A stretch of 63,921 bases of DNA, the filler included, from Conidiobolus incongruus B7586 (lineage: Eukaryota): NCBI GenBank assembly GCA_000697335.1. It is 19 parts of 19 records of this genome, joined end to end, with 100 filler letters (N's around TTAATTAATTAA, not from the genome) between each part and the next. Parts side by side here need not be neighbours in the genome. Positions count along the whole stretch, not along the records: positions 13,002 to 14,505 come from JNEM01005384.1; positions 14,606 to 30,247 come from JNEM01005386.1; 17 more parts are not named here. One strand, given 5' to 3'. Below, piece after piece: positions 13,125 through 26,553 of this stretch (position 1 is its first letter; every line of letters begins with the position of its first letter). Under the pieces are notes generated by a model. It was not told the origin of the DNA. It ran no database searches and saw only the letters and a list, made by a program, of their open reading frames with translations. A program made the translations under genes and the position numbers.

Positions 13125-14505
13125 TATTAAACCACAAAAATGAGTTATAAAATCAAAAACACTTATATTTTTACTAATAACTTGATTAATATTCAATGAA
13201 ATAAACCTAAATTAAATAATTAAATTCTATTATATTTATTAATAATATATATCATTAAATGATGATATTTAGCTATTAATTGGTTAAAATATAAACCCTT
13301 AAATTTTACCTAAAATGAGTTATAAATTTATAAGTTTATGATGATAAAAAAAATTAAAACTTAATTTATCTATCTTTAAACTTTTCTAATTTCTTTAATT
13401 CTATAGAGTATAGAATTAACTAACTTCTTATACTAAAGAAGGTTAATTTTATTTTATGTTATTTAAATATATTCTTAAAACTGATCTAAATCTTTTGTTA
13501 AAGGGAAAGCTTTAATAGCTTTTTTTAACTAATTCTAAAGATATTTAATTAAGTTAAGGTTAAAAGATTAAAAAGGTTATTTTATAACTATTATCTTGTT
13601 ATTTTTAAGCTATTTGGTAATAAAAGCTATAATATAATAAGAAATATAATTTTATTACATAATAATATTAGATTTGTTTAACCTATATTATTCAATAGTT
13701 TTTTAATTTATTATTTAGAATATTTTAATATATTTTAGTATTAATTCCCTTTTTAATATTATAGAGATATTTTGTATCTAAAGATAAAATATATCCTTAA
13801 ATAATAATTTACCTATTATTATACTTTTGGGTAAAATTAATATGTTAGTTATAAATTAGTTTTATATTTTTTCTGAAATATTTAGCTTTTTTATTAAATC
13901 TACTCAATTATATTTTTGTTTTATTAGATTAAATAACTTTATTCTAATTAATTTCAATTTAATATTAATAATAACATTTAAACTCCTATTTAGCTTTATA
14001 ATAGGATTTTTTTAATTGGGGGTTGTTTTTCTTGAATTATAAGTGATATTTTTGTTAATATAAAATATGTATAATAATATCAATATTAATTAATATTCTT
14101 ATATAGTCTTATAGTTCTTGTTATATTTTTATAACAATATTATACTTATTTATATTAACCTACCTATAAATATACTTCTTATTATATTTATTTATAATCT
14201 TAATATATTTAAGTTTAAGTTAAAATATGTTTTTATTATTATTCTTATTAGCTTTAACTATAGTAGATTAATTAACATTAGTAATTCTAACAATATTATA
14301 AGTTGATTTACCTTTTTTATAAAGTTAATTAATATATAGAAAAATTTTTTAGAGAGGGATTTAAGCATAATAATATTAATAAAAAAATTTAATATATCTA
14401 TAAAATATTATATTAAATTATAGCAAAAAGGGAAAAAGATATTATTATATATTATTAAATATATCCCCTTATCTTAAAAATTTGCAAATTTATAATTTAT
14501 CTTAA
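13125..14505 (-). mobile_element. Tc1-family copy truncated by gap
   Basis: TIR TATTAAACCACAAAAATGAGTTATAAAATC; collinear with 1457-2840. The ORF at 14118-14306 lies inside it and is spurious. Confidence 0.9.
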
Positions 14506-14605
14506 NNNNNNNNNNNNNNNNNNNNNNNNNNNNNNNNNNNNNNNNNNNNTTAATTAATTAANNNNNNNNNNNNNNNNNNNNNNNNNNNNNNNNNNNNNNN
14601 NNNNN

Positions 14606-14764
14606 TTAAAAAAATTAATTTTTTAATCAAAAGAATTAATATATATATATATATATATTTCAAAAAAATTCATTATTTATTTTATATAAAGCTATTTATT
14701 TAAAAATAAAATATGTTTGAAAAATCAAAAATTAAAAAGTTTTTTTTTTAAATTCAAAGTAATA
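14606..14764 (-). mobile_element. Mariner left-end fragment
   Basis: TTTGAAAAATCAAAAATTAAAAA...AAATTCAAAGTAATA matches the end of the 51815-52704 copy. Confidence 0.65.
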
Positions 14765-16897
14765 TTATCATTTTTATCTATTTTTTATTTTTTATTCAAT
14801 TTTTTCTTATACAGATTACTTATATAATATATTAATCAAAGTTTAGATTAATCCAAAATAAAGGATCAATATTAAAAAGATTTGTAAAAAAATCTTATAA
14901 ATAATATTATCTATCTATCTATCTATATATTGTGTTTTTTGAAATATTTAAAACTACTATATAAATTTATTAGGTAGAATATTTGATTTATAGAAATACT
15001 AATTCAATATTAACCTATTGAGAAAATAAAATATTCTGGATTACTTTATTTTTGATTATTTTTCATCCAAAATATTAGTTTAAATAGGCCTGCAAAATAT
15101 TAAAATTTACCTTTCATATTATGACTACAATGGATTTTGATCATTGTGAAAGTACTTAAGTCCTATAGTTTAATATGATATCTGGCTAAAGCTGATCAAT
15201 ATATATTTGTTAATAATAGAATTTTGAGCTAAAGTAATAATAATCTTGATAAAAGAGTAACTTTTCCAAAATAAGACGAATTAAATAATTTTTTATCAGA
15301 TTATACATAAAATATAATAATAATTTTAACAATATTTTTACCTTTTATATTTATCATAACCTTCAACGGATTAAAATTTTCAAAAGTGTTAATTATACCT
15401 AAAATATAAATATTTAAAAATTTATCACTTTCAAAGTAAAAAGTAAATAAACTAGTAATAAATCTCTCGACATTAAATTATATCAATAACATTCAGTAAA
15501 ACAGTTAGATAGATGATGCACCATTTTTCGATTATTATAATATAAAACAATTTTAATATCTATTAGTTAAACTCTATTAAAATAGATGAATTACTAATAT
15601 ACATTTGGTCAAAGGTCCTATATTGTATATAATGTAAATCTTATTACCTGATATACTGATATTTTCAAATATCTATTCAATTTTGGTGAATAATACAATA
15701 TTTAATTTGACATTATTTGATTGAATAGAGATATTATGATTTATTATAATTACTAGACCTCAAATATTTTTAACAAAATTACTATCATTATATAAGTTTA
15801 CTATGGATAAAATAGTTTTTAATAGATTTTCAGTGTATTTGGATATAATTATTTATAAGTTATTAATTCAATATTGAATGAACAATTCAATTGAGGTTGA
15901 AATAAGTTTAAAGCGCAAAATTTAATGGACTATTTAATTTCAATCATTTCGTCCAATTAAACCATACAATTTATACTGATATATTAGGAGCTTTAATAGT
16001 GGATAATAGGCATTACCTTATACGAATGTGGTTATATTGGTTAGATTTATGATATAATTTTATCTATTTTTAAAACGTTGACAGTTTAGTCATAAAATTT
16101 AATTATTTTTACAAAAATATTTTGATATAAATAGGATAAAAGAATAAATCAAAATTTCTGTAGCATTGAAAATATATATAATCCGAACTTGATATAAATA
16201 TTTCAACAATATATAAGTTTATCGACAATTATATAAATAATTTCAACTATGTGATATAAGTAATAATGGTACAAATGCAATTGTTAAGACTTTTTGTCTA
16301 ATTAACTATTGAATATACTGCAATTAATTCCAAATTCAGTTATTTATATTGGAAAATTTGTTAATTTAATAATTTTCAGATATAAAAAATTCATCAATGA
16401 GATATATTTTCTTAATGCCAAAAATTAGTATTTTAAATTTTATAAAATTACATAGAAAAAAATATTTCTTTAAATTGAATCAAAATAATACATTAAGTTA
16501 TTGTGATCATTCATTACCATAATCTATACTATTTAATATATATTTCAATCGAATTTTGCTTGAAAGATCGAAAATCAGTAATCTCAATTTATTTGTCAAA
16601 TTGTTTATAATTATCAGATTACTTCTAGCTATTTCATTGTAATTCATAATATATGCTATTCATAATCACTGATGCCTTTTCAATGGACACATTTATCTTA
16701 AACTATATTTTATTCATATCGGTAATTATTACTTACTTTTGATATCAATCAAATACAAATCCATTTAAATAAAGTTAAAATTTTGTTGAAATAATCAAAG
16801 TGGATTTTATATCAAGTCACAAGGATTATAAAATGGTTGAATCATGAATCACTCAATAAGTAATCCATTAATTAATTAATTTTTCTCATTTTTCTAG

Positions 16898-16904
16898 TAT
16901 AAAA
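16898..16904 (+). promoter_or_regulatory. Putative TATA box of the MFS gene
   Basis: TATAAAA ~60 nt upstream of the ATG. Similar spacing at 27896, 36511, 39083, 55549 and 61632 for the other genes. Confidence 0.45.
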
Positions 16905-16959
16905 AGGGATACCGATTGCCACCTATTCAACTTTAAAAATAATCCTGGATTTTCAAAAA

Positions 16960-18258
16960 ATGACAGGTAATATAACTGACATTAATCAAAATGAAAGCAA
17001 TCAGCTTGACACAGAAATTAGGTTAAAAGAGACCTTTCCCGTAACAGAGAAATCTTTAATTGATACCTCATATGCTTGGTTAATGGTTTTATGCGGATTT
17101 TTGTTGAACTTTATGACTTTTGGTACATTATCTATTTATGGAGTGTTCTTAGCACATTATACAAAATATGAATTCCCCAATGAAGGAGGCTCATTCCTCT
17201 CAATCATTGGCGGTGTTGGGCCATGTCTCTTTGCTCTAAGTTCACTACCATCAGGAATCTTGGTAGCAAAGATGGGGTTCCGTTTCAACATCTTTTCAGC
17301 TGCAATTTTTTTTACTGGGGGATTAATTGCAGCTTCCTTTGGTACTGCTTTGTGGCATATTTTAATTGGTCAAGCAGTGTTAGTCGGAGTTTCAGTTGGT
17401 CTGTGCTTTATCCCTGCTGTTAGTATTGTCCCTCAGTGGCTAGATAAATATCGAGGTCTTGGAGTCGGTATCTGTGCTGCAGGATCTGGTGTAGGTGGTT
17501 TGGTCCTTGCACCTGTCATTCAAGCTATCATCAATTCTCTTGGATGGCGTTGGGCACTTCGAATCAATGCTATCATTGGTGCCGTTGTTATTTGTTTTTC
17601 GGGAGTTGTTCTGAAACAGCGTGTTGCATTTCAAAAACCGAAACAAATCGTAGATAAAGAAATTCTGACTGATTTGCGCTTTATTGCTATGTGGATGATG
17701 GGAGTCACAGCATGTTTCGGTTTTTGGGTTCCATTTTTCATTATTCCTCTATACTGTAATTACCATGGCATTTCGGCAACCACAGCTAGTATTATTGTTG
17801 GTATTATGAATGCTGGATCAGCTATTGGTCGCGTTGTCAATGGTCAAGTATCTCATGGTCTAGGTAATATCAATACTCTACTCCTAAGTCACCTGATCAC
17901 TAGTCTTTCATTCGTAATTATATGGAACTTTTCAACTCAAGTATGGTCTATTGCTATATTTTCCCTCGTATATGGACTATTTTCTAGTGCCTTCTTCCCG
18001 ATATCAGCACTCATCGCCGCTCAGCTATTCGGCCTCGAAAAGTTAGCCAAGGTTAACGGTCCATTTTATACTTGTTGTGCTCCTGGTAATTTGTTGTGTA
18101 CCTTTATTGCTACTACTATTGTTGCACAGTATACAATGGGTGACCATATTAACTACCTTCCATGTTTCCTGTATTTGTTTGGTTGCTATTTGGCTTCTAC
18201 TCTCTGTTTAGTTTGGTTGAAATTTTACGTGGACAAGAGAGTTTTTGCTAAAGTTTAA
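16960..18258 (+). CDS. MFS transporter, monocarboxylate porter (MCT/Mch-like) family, copy A
   Basis: 432 aa, ~12 hydrophobic segments, YAWLMV TM1 motif, QWLDKYRGLGVGI...GSGVGG, GWRWALR loop, AIGRVVNG. Intronless. Confidence 0.93.
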   Translation: MTGNITDINQNESNQLDTEIRLKETFPVTEKSLIDTSYAWLMVLCGFLLNFMTFGTLSIYGVFLAHYTKYEFPNEGGSFLSIIGGVGPCLFALSSLPSGILVAKMGFRFNIFSAAIFFTGGLIAASFGTALWHILIGQAVLVGVSVGLCFIPAVSIVPQWLDKYRGLGVGICAAGSGVGGLVLAPVIQAIINSLGWRWALRINAIIGAVVICFSGVVLKQRVAFQKPKQIVDKEILTDLRFIAMWMMGVTACFGFWVPFFIIPLYCNYHGISATTASIIVGIMNAGSAIGRVVNGQVSHGLGNINTLLLSHLITSLSFVIIWNFSTQVWSIAIFSLVYGLFSSAFFPISALIAAQLFGLEKLAKVNGPFYTCCAPGNLLCTFIATTIVAQYTMGDHINYLPCFLYLFGCYLASTLCLVWLKFYVDKRVFAKV

Positions 18259-19140
18259 ATAGTTAAAATAACAACATTGAAAAATATATATTTTAAAAAA
18301 ATTATAATAATTTAACCCATTATAATCAAAAAAGTGCCTTTATTATGATCTGCTTTCAAATAAATGAAATATAATTTATAAACTACATTGAAATCATTTA
18401 TACTTCAATCATTCACAAGTATAATAATTTAAGTGTTTTTTCAAATTCTATTTTAATACTAGTATTGATTTTAATTAAAATGTCTCCTTAATATTTGATA
18501 TATTTTTTTAATTACACTATACTACTCAATATTTTTCAATCAATTCATAGACTTTAATAAGAATTAATTAACCTATTTAAATCTATAAATGATTTGAATC
18601 GTGATTTTGCTAATAATAATTTTAGTTTGGTGAAATTCTATTTAGTAAATCTTATTCAAATAAATAATACCTCTGTTTAAAAAAATTTGATCATTTCATG
18701 TCCGAAAATTAAATTCAGATTTCTATTGTTAATTTTTATATAAATTTATAATTTAAAAATGTTAAAAAATTAAATTTCTAATTATATTAATTTATGATAA
18801 AATAAAAAGGTATGGAAATAATATCCCTTTCCAGACTTCATAATATACATTTTTAAAATTTTAGTTTTAAAAATTTTCAACAGAATTTTTACAATCTTTC
18901 TGAAACATAAGGGTTAATAATGTTGTTACTATATCAACATATATTATTAATTCAATTTATATTTATTTTCAGAGCATAATAAGATTTTGTAGCTTTGATA
19001 TTGGATATAATTTTTATGAAAATAATATTTGAATTAACTCCATTTAGTTATTAATTGGAATTTTTAATATATATATTTCAAATCAATTAAAAATTGGAAT
19101 ATATTATTTCAAATTTATTATTGTAGTAAATATTATGGAA

Positions 19141-20455
19141 TTACATTTTCATCAATTTTTTTGGTCTAATTTTGAAGTTCCACTTATCAAAATAAACTTT
19201 CAACTAAATTATACACAATACTAAAAAAATAATATGCAAATAAATATAGGAGGAATAGAATATAGTTGGTAAAAACATCAAAATTATTACCAGAAATGAT
19301 GGAAGTTGATACGATGGTGCTAACCAAATTTCTGGGTGGGTAGCACTTGTAATAAGGGCCGTTAACTTTTGCTAATTGTTCTAACCTGGATAACTCAGTA
19401 GTAATGAGAACGGATAGTGGGGAAAAATGCACACGAAGATAGGTTGTACAAGAGAATAAAAGTGATAGGTAACCAGACTTTGGTTGAAAAGTTTCAGATA
19501 AGCACGAAAGATAGATTAGTCAAAATATGACTGGGTAAGATCGTACAAATATTCCCTACTCGGCTAGATACTCTACCACTAATTGCATGTCTAATGGTAG
19601 GTCCAGCATTCATGGTACCCACAATAACACTTTCAGTGGTCGAAGGAACTTTAGTCTTTGAAATATAAAGAAATGAAAAAGAAAGGGGCCTAGAATGCAA
19701 AGCAATATGTGATTCCTATTATCCACAGTGTGATAAAGCGCCAATCATTCATGATATCTTTGTTAATAATCTGCTTTGATCTCTGAAATACTACACGTTG
19801 ATTAAATATCAGGTCTGAAAAGCATATAGTAACAGTACCAATGATTACAAGTTCTCAAAATCTCCAACGCCATCCCAAAGGATAAATGATCGCTTGCATA
19901 ATTAGAGCAAGGACGAGACCACTGACAGCGGATCCAGCAGTGATAATATCTACGGCAATTCCGAGATAATTGTCGGACTATTGAATCATTATGCTAACCG
20001 TTGGAAACAAACAAAGCTTGGCCGAAACCGCGACTAGAATAACTTGGCCAATGAGGATATACCAGAGCTGTTCCAAACGATACAGGGGCTAAACCAATAG
20101 CAGAGAATATCGCAGCTGCAATGATATAGAATCAGAATCTCACCTTTACTATCAAGATTCCCAAAGGCAGGGAACTTAGAGCAGAGAGACAGAGTTCAAC
20201 ACCACCAATGATTGAGAGGAATGGGCTTCCTTTATTCTGGAATTCATATTATGTATAATGTGTTAAGAGCACGTTACAAATGGACACTGTTCTAAGCGTG
20301 GTGGGATTCAAAAGGTATCTCCCTAGTAACATAAGTCAAGCATATAGAAAGTCCAAGCAGAATTTTTCAGTAGATTCGCGATCCTTAAACCTAAATTCAT
20401 TATTATTCTCAATGCTTTCACTTCTAATAATGAATATTTCAATATCTTTGGTATT
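19141..20455 (-). pseudogene. MFS MCT-like pseudogene, closest to copy A
   Basis: Fragments YA*LMLLG, NDWRFITLW, VGTMNAGPTIRH, LEQLAKVNGPYYKC match A. No start ATG, with stops and frameshifts. Confidence 0.88.
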
Positions 20456-23132
20456 AATTTCAATTTAGAGGTTAATTTTAATTGATGTATTGGTGTACTT
20501 TTGTAACCCCATTTATACTCGAAAAATACAATAATTTATTATTTGACCAATCTATCTAGTCACTGTGACAATTGGCTTTGTTTATTGCATCATAACAATC
20601 ATCACAAATTGTTGTGTGGATTACCTTTAATGAGTTTGTAAATGTTGGTATGATTTCAAGGGAAATCGTACTGAATCTAGTCAAATATACGCTATTCAAG
20701 TGAACTGAATATAATTTGAGTACACAATTTGAACAAAATTTGCAATATTTCATTCATCCTATTCATGGTTTATAAAGCTATCACCAATACATTTAGGTAT
20801 AGATTAATTTAATATTAATTATCTGAAAGGATTTTTTAATATAATATATTTTTCAACTATAATCTATTGATTCTGTTATCTAAATTAATCCCTTAAAATT
20901 TTTGCAAAACCGCAATTTAAATCATATAAAACTCTAACTCAAGTACTGTAAAGTTTATATAAATTCATGATCAATCATTCTTTAAAGACCAAAATAACAA
21001 ATTCAAAAACATTAAATAACACTAGAATAGTATAAATTTTATATTTTCAGGTTAATGAGTTTGAGAATTTAACATTTTGAATTTTTTTAATTAATATTAA
21101 AAATGAAACAAATATCACTAATTTAATTTAATTAAAGATTTTAGATATTTTCCATCAAATATCATATTATATGTTCCAATAATAGATTATTATGTTAATT
21201 TACTCATATTGAATAAGTTTCAATTTATTTTAAAAAGCTTTGGTTTAAAATATATTGATTACTATTAATTATTTGATCACATTATTATTGGTTATATTAT
21301 TTTATTCAAAGGTTTCTTGACCTTTATACAAACCAGTTAAGGTTAAATAATTTTATCAGTAGCTCTAATTTGTTGATTAATGGATATATCCAAAAGCATC
21401 ATAAACTATACGTAATATTGAAGATGAATTATTTTATATAAGGTAATTTGAAATTTTTTAAAAAATATATTATTGATGATTCGTGACTTGGTGTCAAGGA
21501 TTTGGTAGGAAGTTAGATATAATGCCTGCTGGATATACCAAGAGGTAGGGATAAGTAACAATAAAGTGGATTGCTGATAAATCACAAATATTCATAGTGT
21601 CACTAACCAAAGATTACAACGATTTGGTATTATCTTGGTTCCTGACTTAATCACCAATTGGTAAGTAATAACTTAAAGATTCAAGTGATCAATGGATTTG
21701 TAATGGAAAAAGGTATTTTTATTATAGTGTTCTCAACTAAAGTTATATATCCAAGGTAATTCATGGATTATGACTCATCTTCTAAGGGGTTAAAATGCAT
21801 CAATACTGAAATAAAGACTATAAATGGTTATTAAAGCTTTGCTGTATATAAGTTAATTAAAAGTGATGACAACATCCAATAATATTATAGAAGTGACTTT
21901 ACTATCAAAATACTTACTTGTAACATATATCTATTTAGGTTAGAAATTATTTAAGAAAATTATATAAACTCCGATATATAATATCAATTTATTTCATAGC
22001 TAATTATCATAATTATCAACAAAATTATTTCTATAAGTGAGAATATTTTCAATAAATTTATCAAGAATCTGAATAACAAATCAATATAATATTATCACAA
22101 TTCGCCACTAAACTTTTGAATCACACCAGAGAGTACTATATAATCAGTTTTTCTACAATTTGGAACAACACCAAAATTTTTCCAATATAGTAATTATCTC
22201 ATATTACTTTATATATAATTGATACTAGGTAAAGGAATTAATCTAATTAAAATACCAAAATATTGTGTATGAAAAAATATTAAATTTATTATTAAATATT
22301 ATATAAACTATTATTAAAGTTAAATATTATTACTGTTAAGATATTTTAATAAAGCTTATAATTATTAGATTTTGATTGGATATAGGATTTCCAGAAAAAC
22401 CAATTTGATAATACTAAAGATAATTATTTTAAAATATATGTAACATTTAAATATTCATATAGTTTGAATACTTTGAAATGAAATTGAATACAAATATCAA
22501 ATAATGAGTATATACATATTAACTCAGATACATTAGATACTTGCTTTCTTAATAATGTCTAATAATTATAAATTAGATAAAATAATAAGGAATTTTTGAT
22601 TGTTAATATAGTTTCTAATACAAAAATAACAATAGATTATAATACTAATTTATGATTAGTAAGGTTCAATAAATTAAGTATGATATTCTGAATTTCAAGT
22701 TTCAAATAGATTTTCGACTTGTAAATTATTTGTATACTCAATAATACTCAAAAATTTAGTAATTTTTCAAATGCCTAATTTGTATTGAAGAATATAATTC
22801 AAATTATGTTGACTAAACACTTTGTTATATCTTGGAAATTTTCAAGTTGGAAAAATTACATAATTTATTGCTATATATTTGATTAATTAGTAATATTTTA
22901 AGAGTATTTATTGTGACTTATATTTCGTTTATCCCATAATATGTTGGATTCACATTCAATTTATCAACAACGGTGTTGTTGATAGACCCAAATTATTATC
23001 AGAAACGGCCAAATTTAACCAATAAACAATGTCTAAACTATTACAATTTTTTATTACAACTTGGCAAATTTCATTCAAATATAATAAATATATATTAGAA
23101 ATGATTTAAATTAATATTACATTAAACTATTC

Positions 23133-24381
23133 TTATACTTTAATAATTAATGTTTTCGTAACCTATAATCTGAACCAGAATAAACACAAGCAGATGAAAA
23201 ATATAACAACCGAATAGATTAATCATAAAGGATAAATATTTAATGCAGTCGCCAAATCTGTGAGTACTTACAATTGTTTGTATAACTACTGTGATAGCCA
23301 AATATCTAGAGGGACCGCAAGTATAGAACATACCATTAATTTGAGCCAATCTTTCCATTCCAAATAATTGAGCTGTCAAAAGTTCTGAATTGATGAAGAA
23401 AGCATCCTAAAAAATATCAAACATAATTGCAAATATTATAAATGATCATGTAGCCGTTGCAAAGTACCAAATTAAAATAAAATACAATCCACAAATAAAG
23501 TTGGAAAAGAGTAATGTATTGATATTGCCGATACGACCCGATATTTTTCCCATTAATACACGACTGAGAGCTGCTATGCAATTCTTAAATCCTACAATGA
23601 AACTGGCTGTAGATGCTGAAATAATGCAGTGCTCACAGTAGGAAGGCACAATGAAAAAATGGTGCAAAGCACTCGAAGTAAGATCTATTTAGCAATATCT
23701 GTAACAAAGAATTTTTTAGGATGTTAGAAAGTTAGATGTGGCAAAATGACCAAACCACATTAAAAGAGAGCATCAGTACCGGTAATTTTATTGACAACAA
23801 GTGCCTGCCATCATCCAATACAATCAATGATGGCTTGAATGAGAGGAGCAGGTACTAACTCACCTACACAAGGACCTGCAGCGCATATTTCCGCACCAAG
23901 TCCACGATACTTTTCAAACCATTAGGGCACAATACTCACAATTGGCATAAAGCACAAACTGATCGAAATACTAACAAGAGTGTCTGACCAATAAAAAGGT
24001 GTCACAGTTGAGTAGCGAATGATATCACCGAGTCAATACCAAATATAATCACCCCGGAAAACAAATTAATCGGATAACTTACTTTGGAAACGAGTACACA
24101 AGAAGAAACGACACACATCGCATAGATTGCACATCCTAAGCCTCCGATCAACTACATGACGGATTTGGATTCAATATAGAAATTTGTTTTAATAAGCTCT
24201 TTGGAATATACTCCGAATATAATTATATTTGCGATTAGTGCAAATTGAATCAGTCTTATGAATACTATTGACTTAGAGAAATCGAAATGTATCTCTGTTG
24301 TGAGTCTAGCTTCAGCAACATCATCATTGTTTGATGAATCCTTTTCTCTTTATTATTTGAAATTAATTTTTATTTCTTCAT
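23133..24381 (-). pseudogene. MFS MCT-like pseudogene, closest to copy B
   Basis: ATG AAG AAA TAA start; fragments FFIVPSYCEH, GKISGRIGNINTL, AQLFGMERLAQING, VTKTLIIKV* in different frames. Confidence 0.88.
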
Positions 24382-25281
24382 TTCTATTATATTAAAACTA
24401 CATTTACTAATTATTGAAATTTATTATTATTATTTTTATTAGCATTTAGAGAAAATCATTGATAATTATCAAATTGATAAACTAAAAATTTATTTATTAA
24501 GTATTAAATCTTGATTTTTATATACCCACTTGAATTTCAAATTGAATGATAACTATTTGAACACCTTTTAAATTCCTTTGAATTTAGAGTATTCCTTCTA
24601 TTGTTCAAAAATTAATTATAATTATAATCATATCTTAAATACTATTAAGTTATTGCATAATAAAGTTCATACTAATATTTTATCTCTTAAATGCTAATAC
24701 TTTTATATTCATTTAAATATAATCTATTATTAATATCAATTATATATAAATTGTTTATAAAAAGTAATTTAGTGTTAATTTATATAAGTTATTCAATCAA
24801 ATTGAATCAATCGAAAATTACTATAATAATAGAAATTAATGTAAATAACTAACTTCCCACATTAATAACTGGCTGTAATTCAATATTCAATCTGCTCTAT
24901 TCAGTTTGAGTAGTAATTATGTGATTTAGGAAAATTCCAGTGACCTAATTAGGAAATTACATACATTCAAATTTACTGTTAGAGATAACAAATTTGGATA
25001 AATGAAAAACTTCTAAAGAAACATTTTGCTTAATTTCTAAGTTAACTGCAATTAATAATGAATTTAGTTCAAAAATTTATAAAAATATCTTATTTAGTAT
25101 TTAAAATGTATATTTTTGAATAATTTTATTTTAATACTATTTATTTTTATTTAAAAATAATAAATTTTTTATATTTAAAAATTTTAATTAAATTAAATTG
25201 AGAATAAAATTTATAAGTTTAATAAAAATATTAAAATATTTGAATTATTATATATTTTAATCTATATGGTTTTTATTATAT

Positions 25282-25612
25282 TGTTGCTGATCGGGAGGTC
25301 CGCTCGCCATCCAACTTTAACCATTTGTCTTTATTCCGAAAGTAATCTATATACAAGTACCATGCAGAATCCTTGTGTGATGTAAAATTCCGGACAACCA
25401 TAAACAGTGTTATAATACATTGGCCAAGGACAAATAGCACTATAAAATCGTCACTGAGCATACAATTGCTCAGCAATCACCCCGATCAGGGGCAAGCACT
25501 ATACCTTGATATTTCAATGAAATTCTTTCGAAGTATCTCGTTAGCCACCCTTAGCCCGTTTTATCGAACCTACTTGATCCTTATTGCAAGGCTACTTTCC
25601 AGCGGAGCTACA
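25282..25612 (+). mobile_element. Solo LTR, family 1
   Basis: 331 bp GC-richer island TGTTGC...GCTACA, flanked by ATAT on both sides, internal TATAAAA at 25441. Homologous (inverted) to 41411-41743. Confidence 0.65.
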
Positions 25613-26553
25613 ATATCTAAAAAATGAGAATTTTATACAATTTAATATTTGAGTTTGGTAATAAATAAATATAGTATGTATGTATATATATAAAGGATGT
25701 TCACTGAAATATTTGACCAATCATCAAAAATTTAAATTAATATATTAATATTATATATTTTAGAATGATAACAACAACCATAAATTTTATAATTTAAAGT
25801 CTATTATATAATCATATAATGATATATTTATTAACTAGTTAGGAATTTTATCAGTCAAATAATTGTATTAGTCTTACAAATTTACTATACTAAGCCAAAA
25901 CTCTCACTTAAATGATATTTCAATATACTCAGCTAATCTAAAATATACAAGAATTGTTCTATTGAATTAATGTATAAATTAATGATATAAATTAGAATTT
26001 ATATTGAATGTTACAATGGGAGAATAGATGTCCAAATATTTTAAATACCAGTCGCTTGTGCTACATTTGAAAATAAGTTAACAACTGTTTACCAATGTTG
26101 TACTTTAGGCATTAAATGATTTTTTTAAATAAATTTTTTTCCTAATATTTTCCAATTGTATAATATTAACTTGAATAAGTAAAATTAATATTATTTTGAT
26201 ATTTTAATACTTTTTTCATCGTGATTCGTATTTTTATTATAATATAAAAAGAATATTAAATTAATTTAATTCTATCTAAAATAATATGAGTTAAAATATT
26301 TCAAAAAAATTAATTCACTAATTATAATATTAAGACATGGAAAATGGTATAAAATTAAAGTATTTGAATATTGAATTAGTCAATTAATATGGAACCAAAT
26401 CGTTCTTATTACACAATTTTAAATATTTTAAATAAGGTCTAAAGAAATTTGAATCTTAATTAAATTTTAAATACTTTTAATTAGTTAAAATCAATCTCAA
26501 ATTTGTAGTAATTTAAAATATTTATAATATTAATTTATTAATTATTAAATATG

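Noticed and set aside
14118..14306. Short I/N/F/L/Y-rich ORFs (also 35946, 40487, 49353, 61662) and ORFs antisense to real genes
   Set aside because: AT-composition or shadow ORFs, several within dead transposons.
21492..21871. TGTCA...TGACA-bounded island as a solo LTR
   Set aside because: No TSD (CTTGG vs ACATC) and no second copy in the window.
25276..25627. ORFs of 66 and 84 aa
   Set aside because: They lie in the solo LTR, and the homologous copy has indels and stops.
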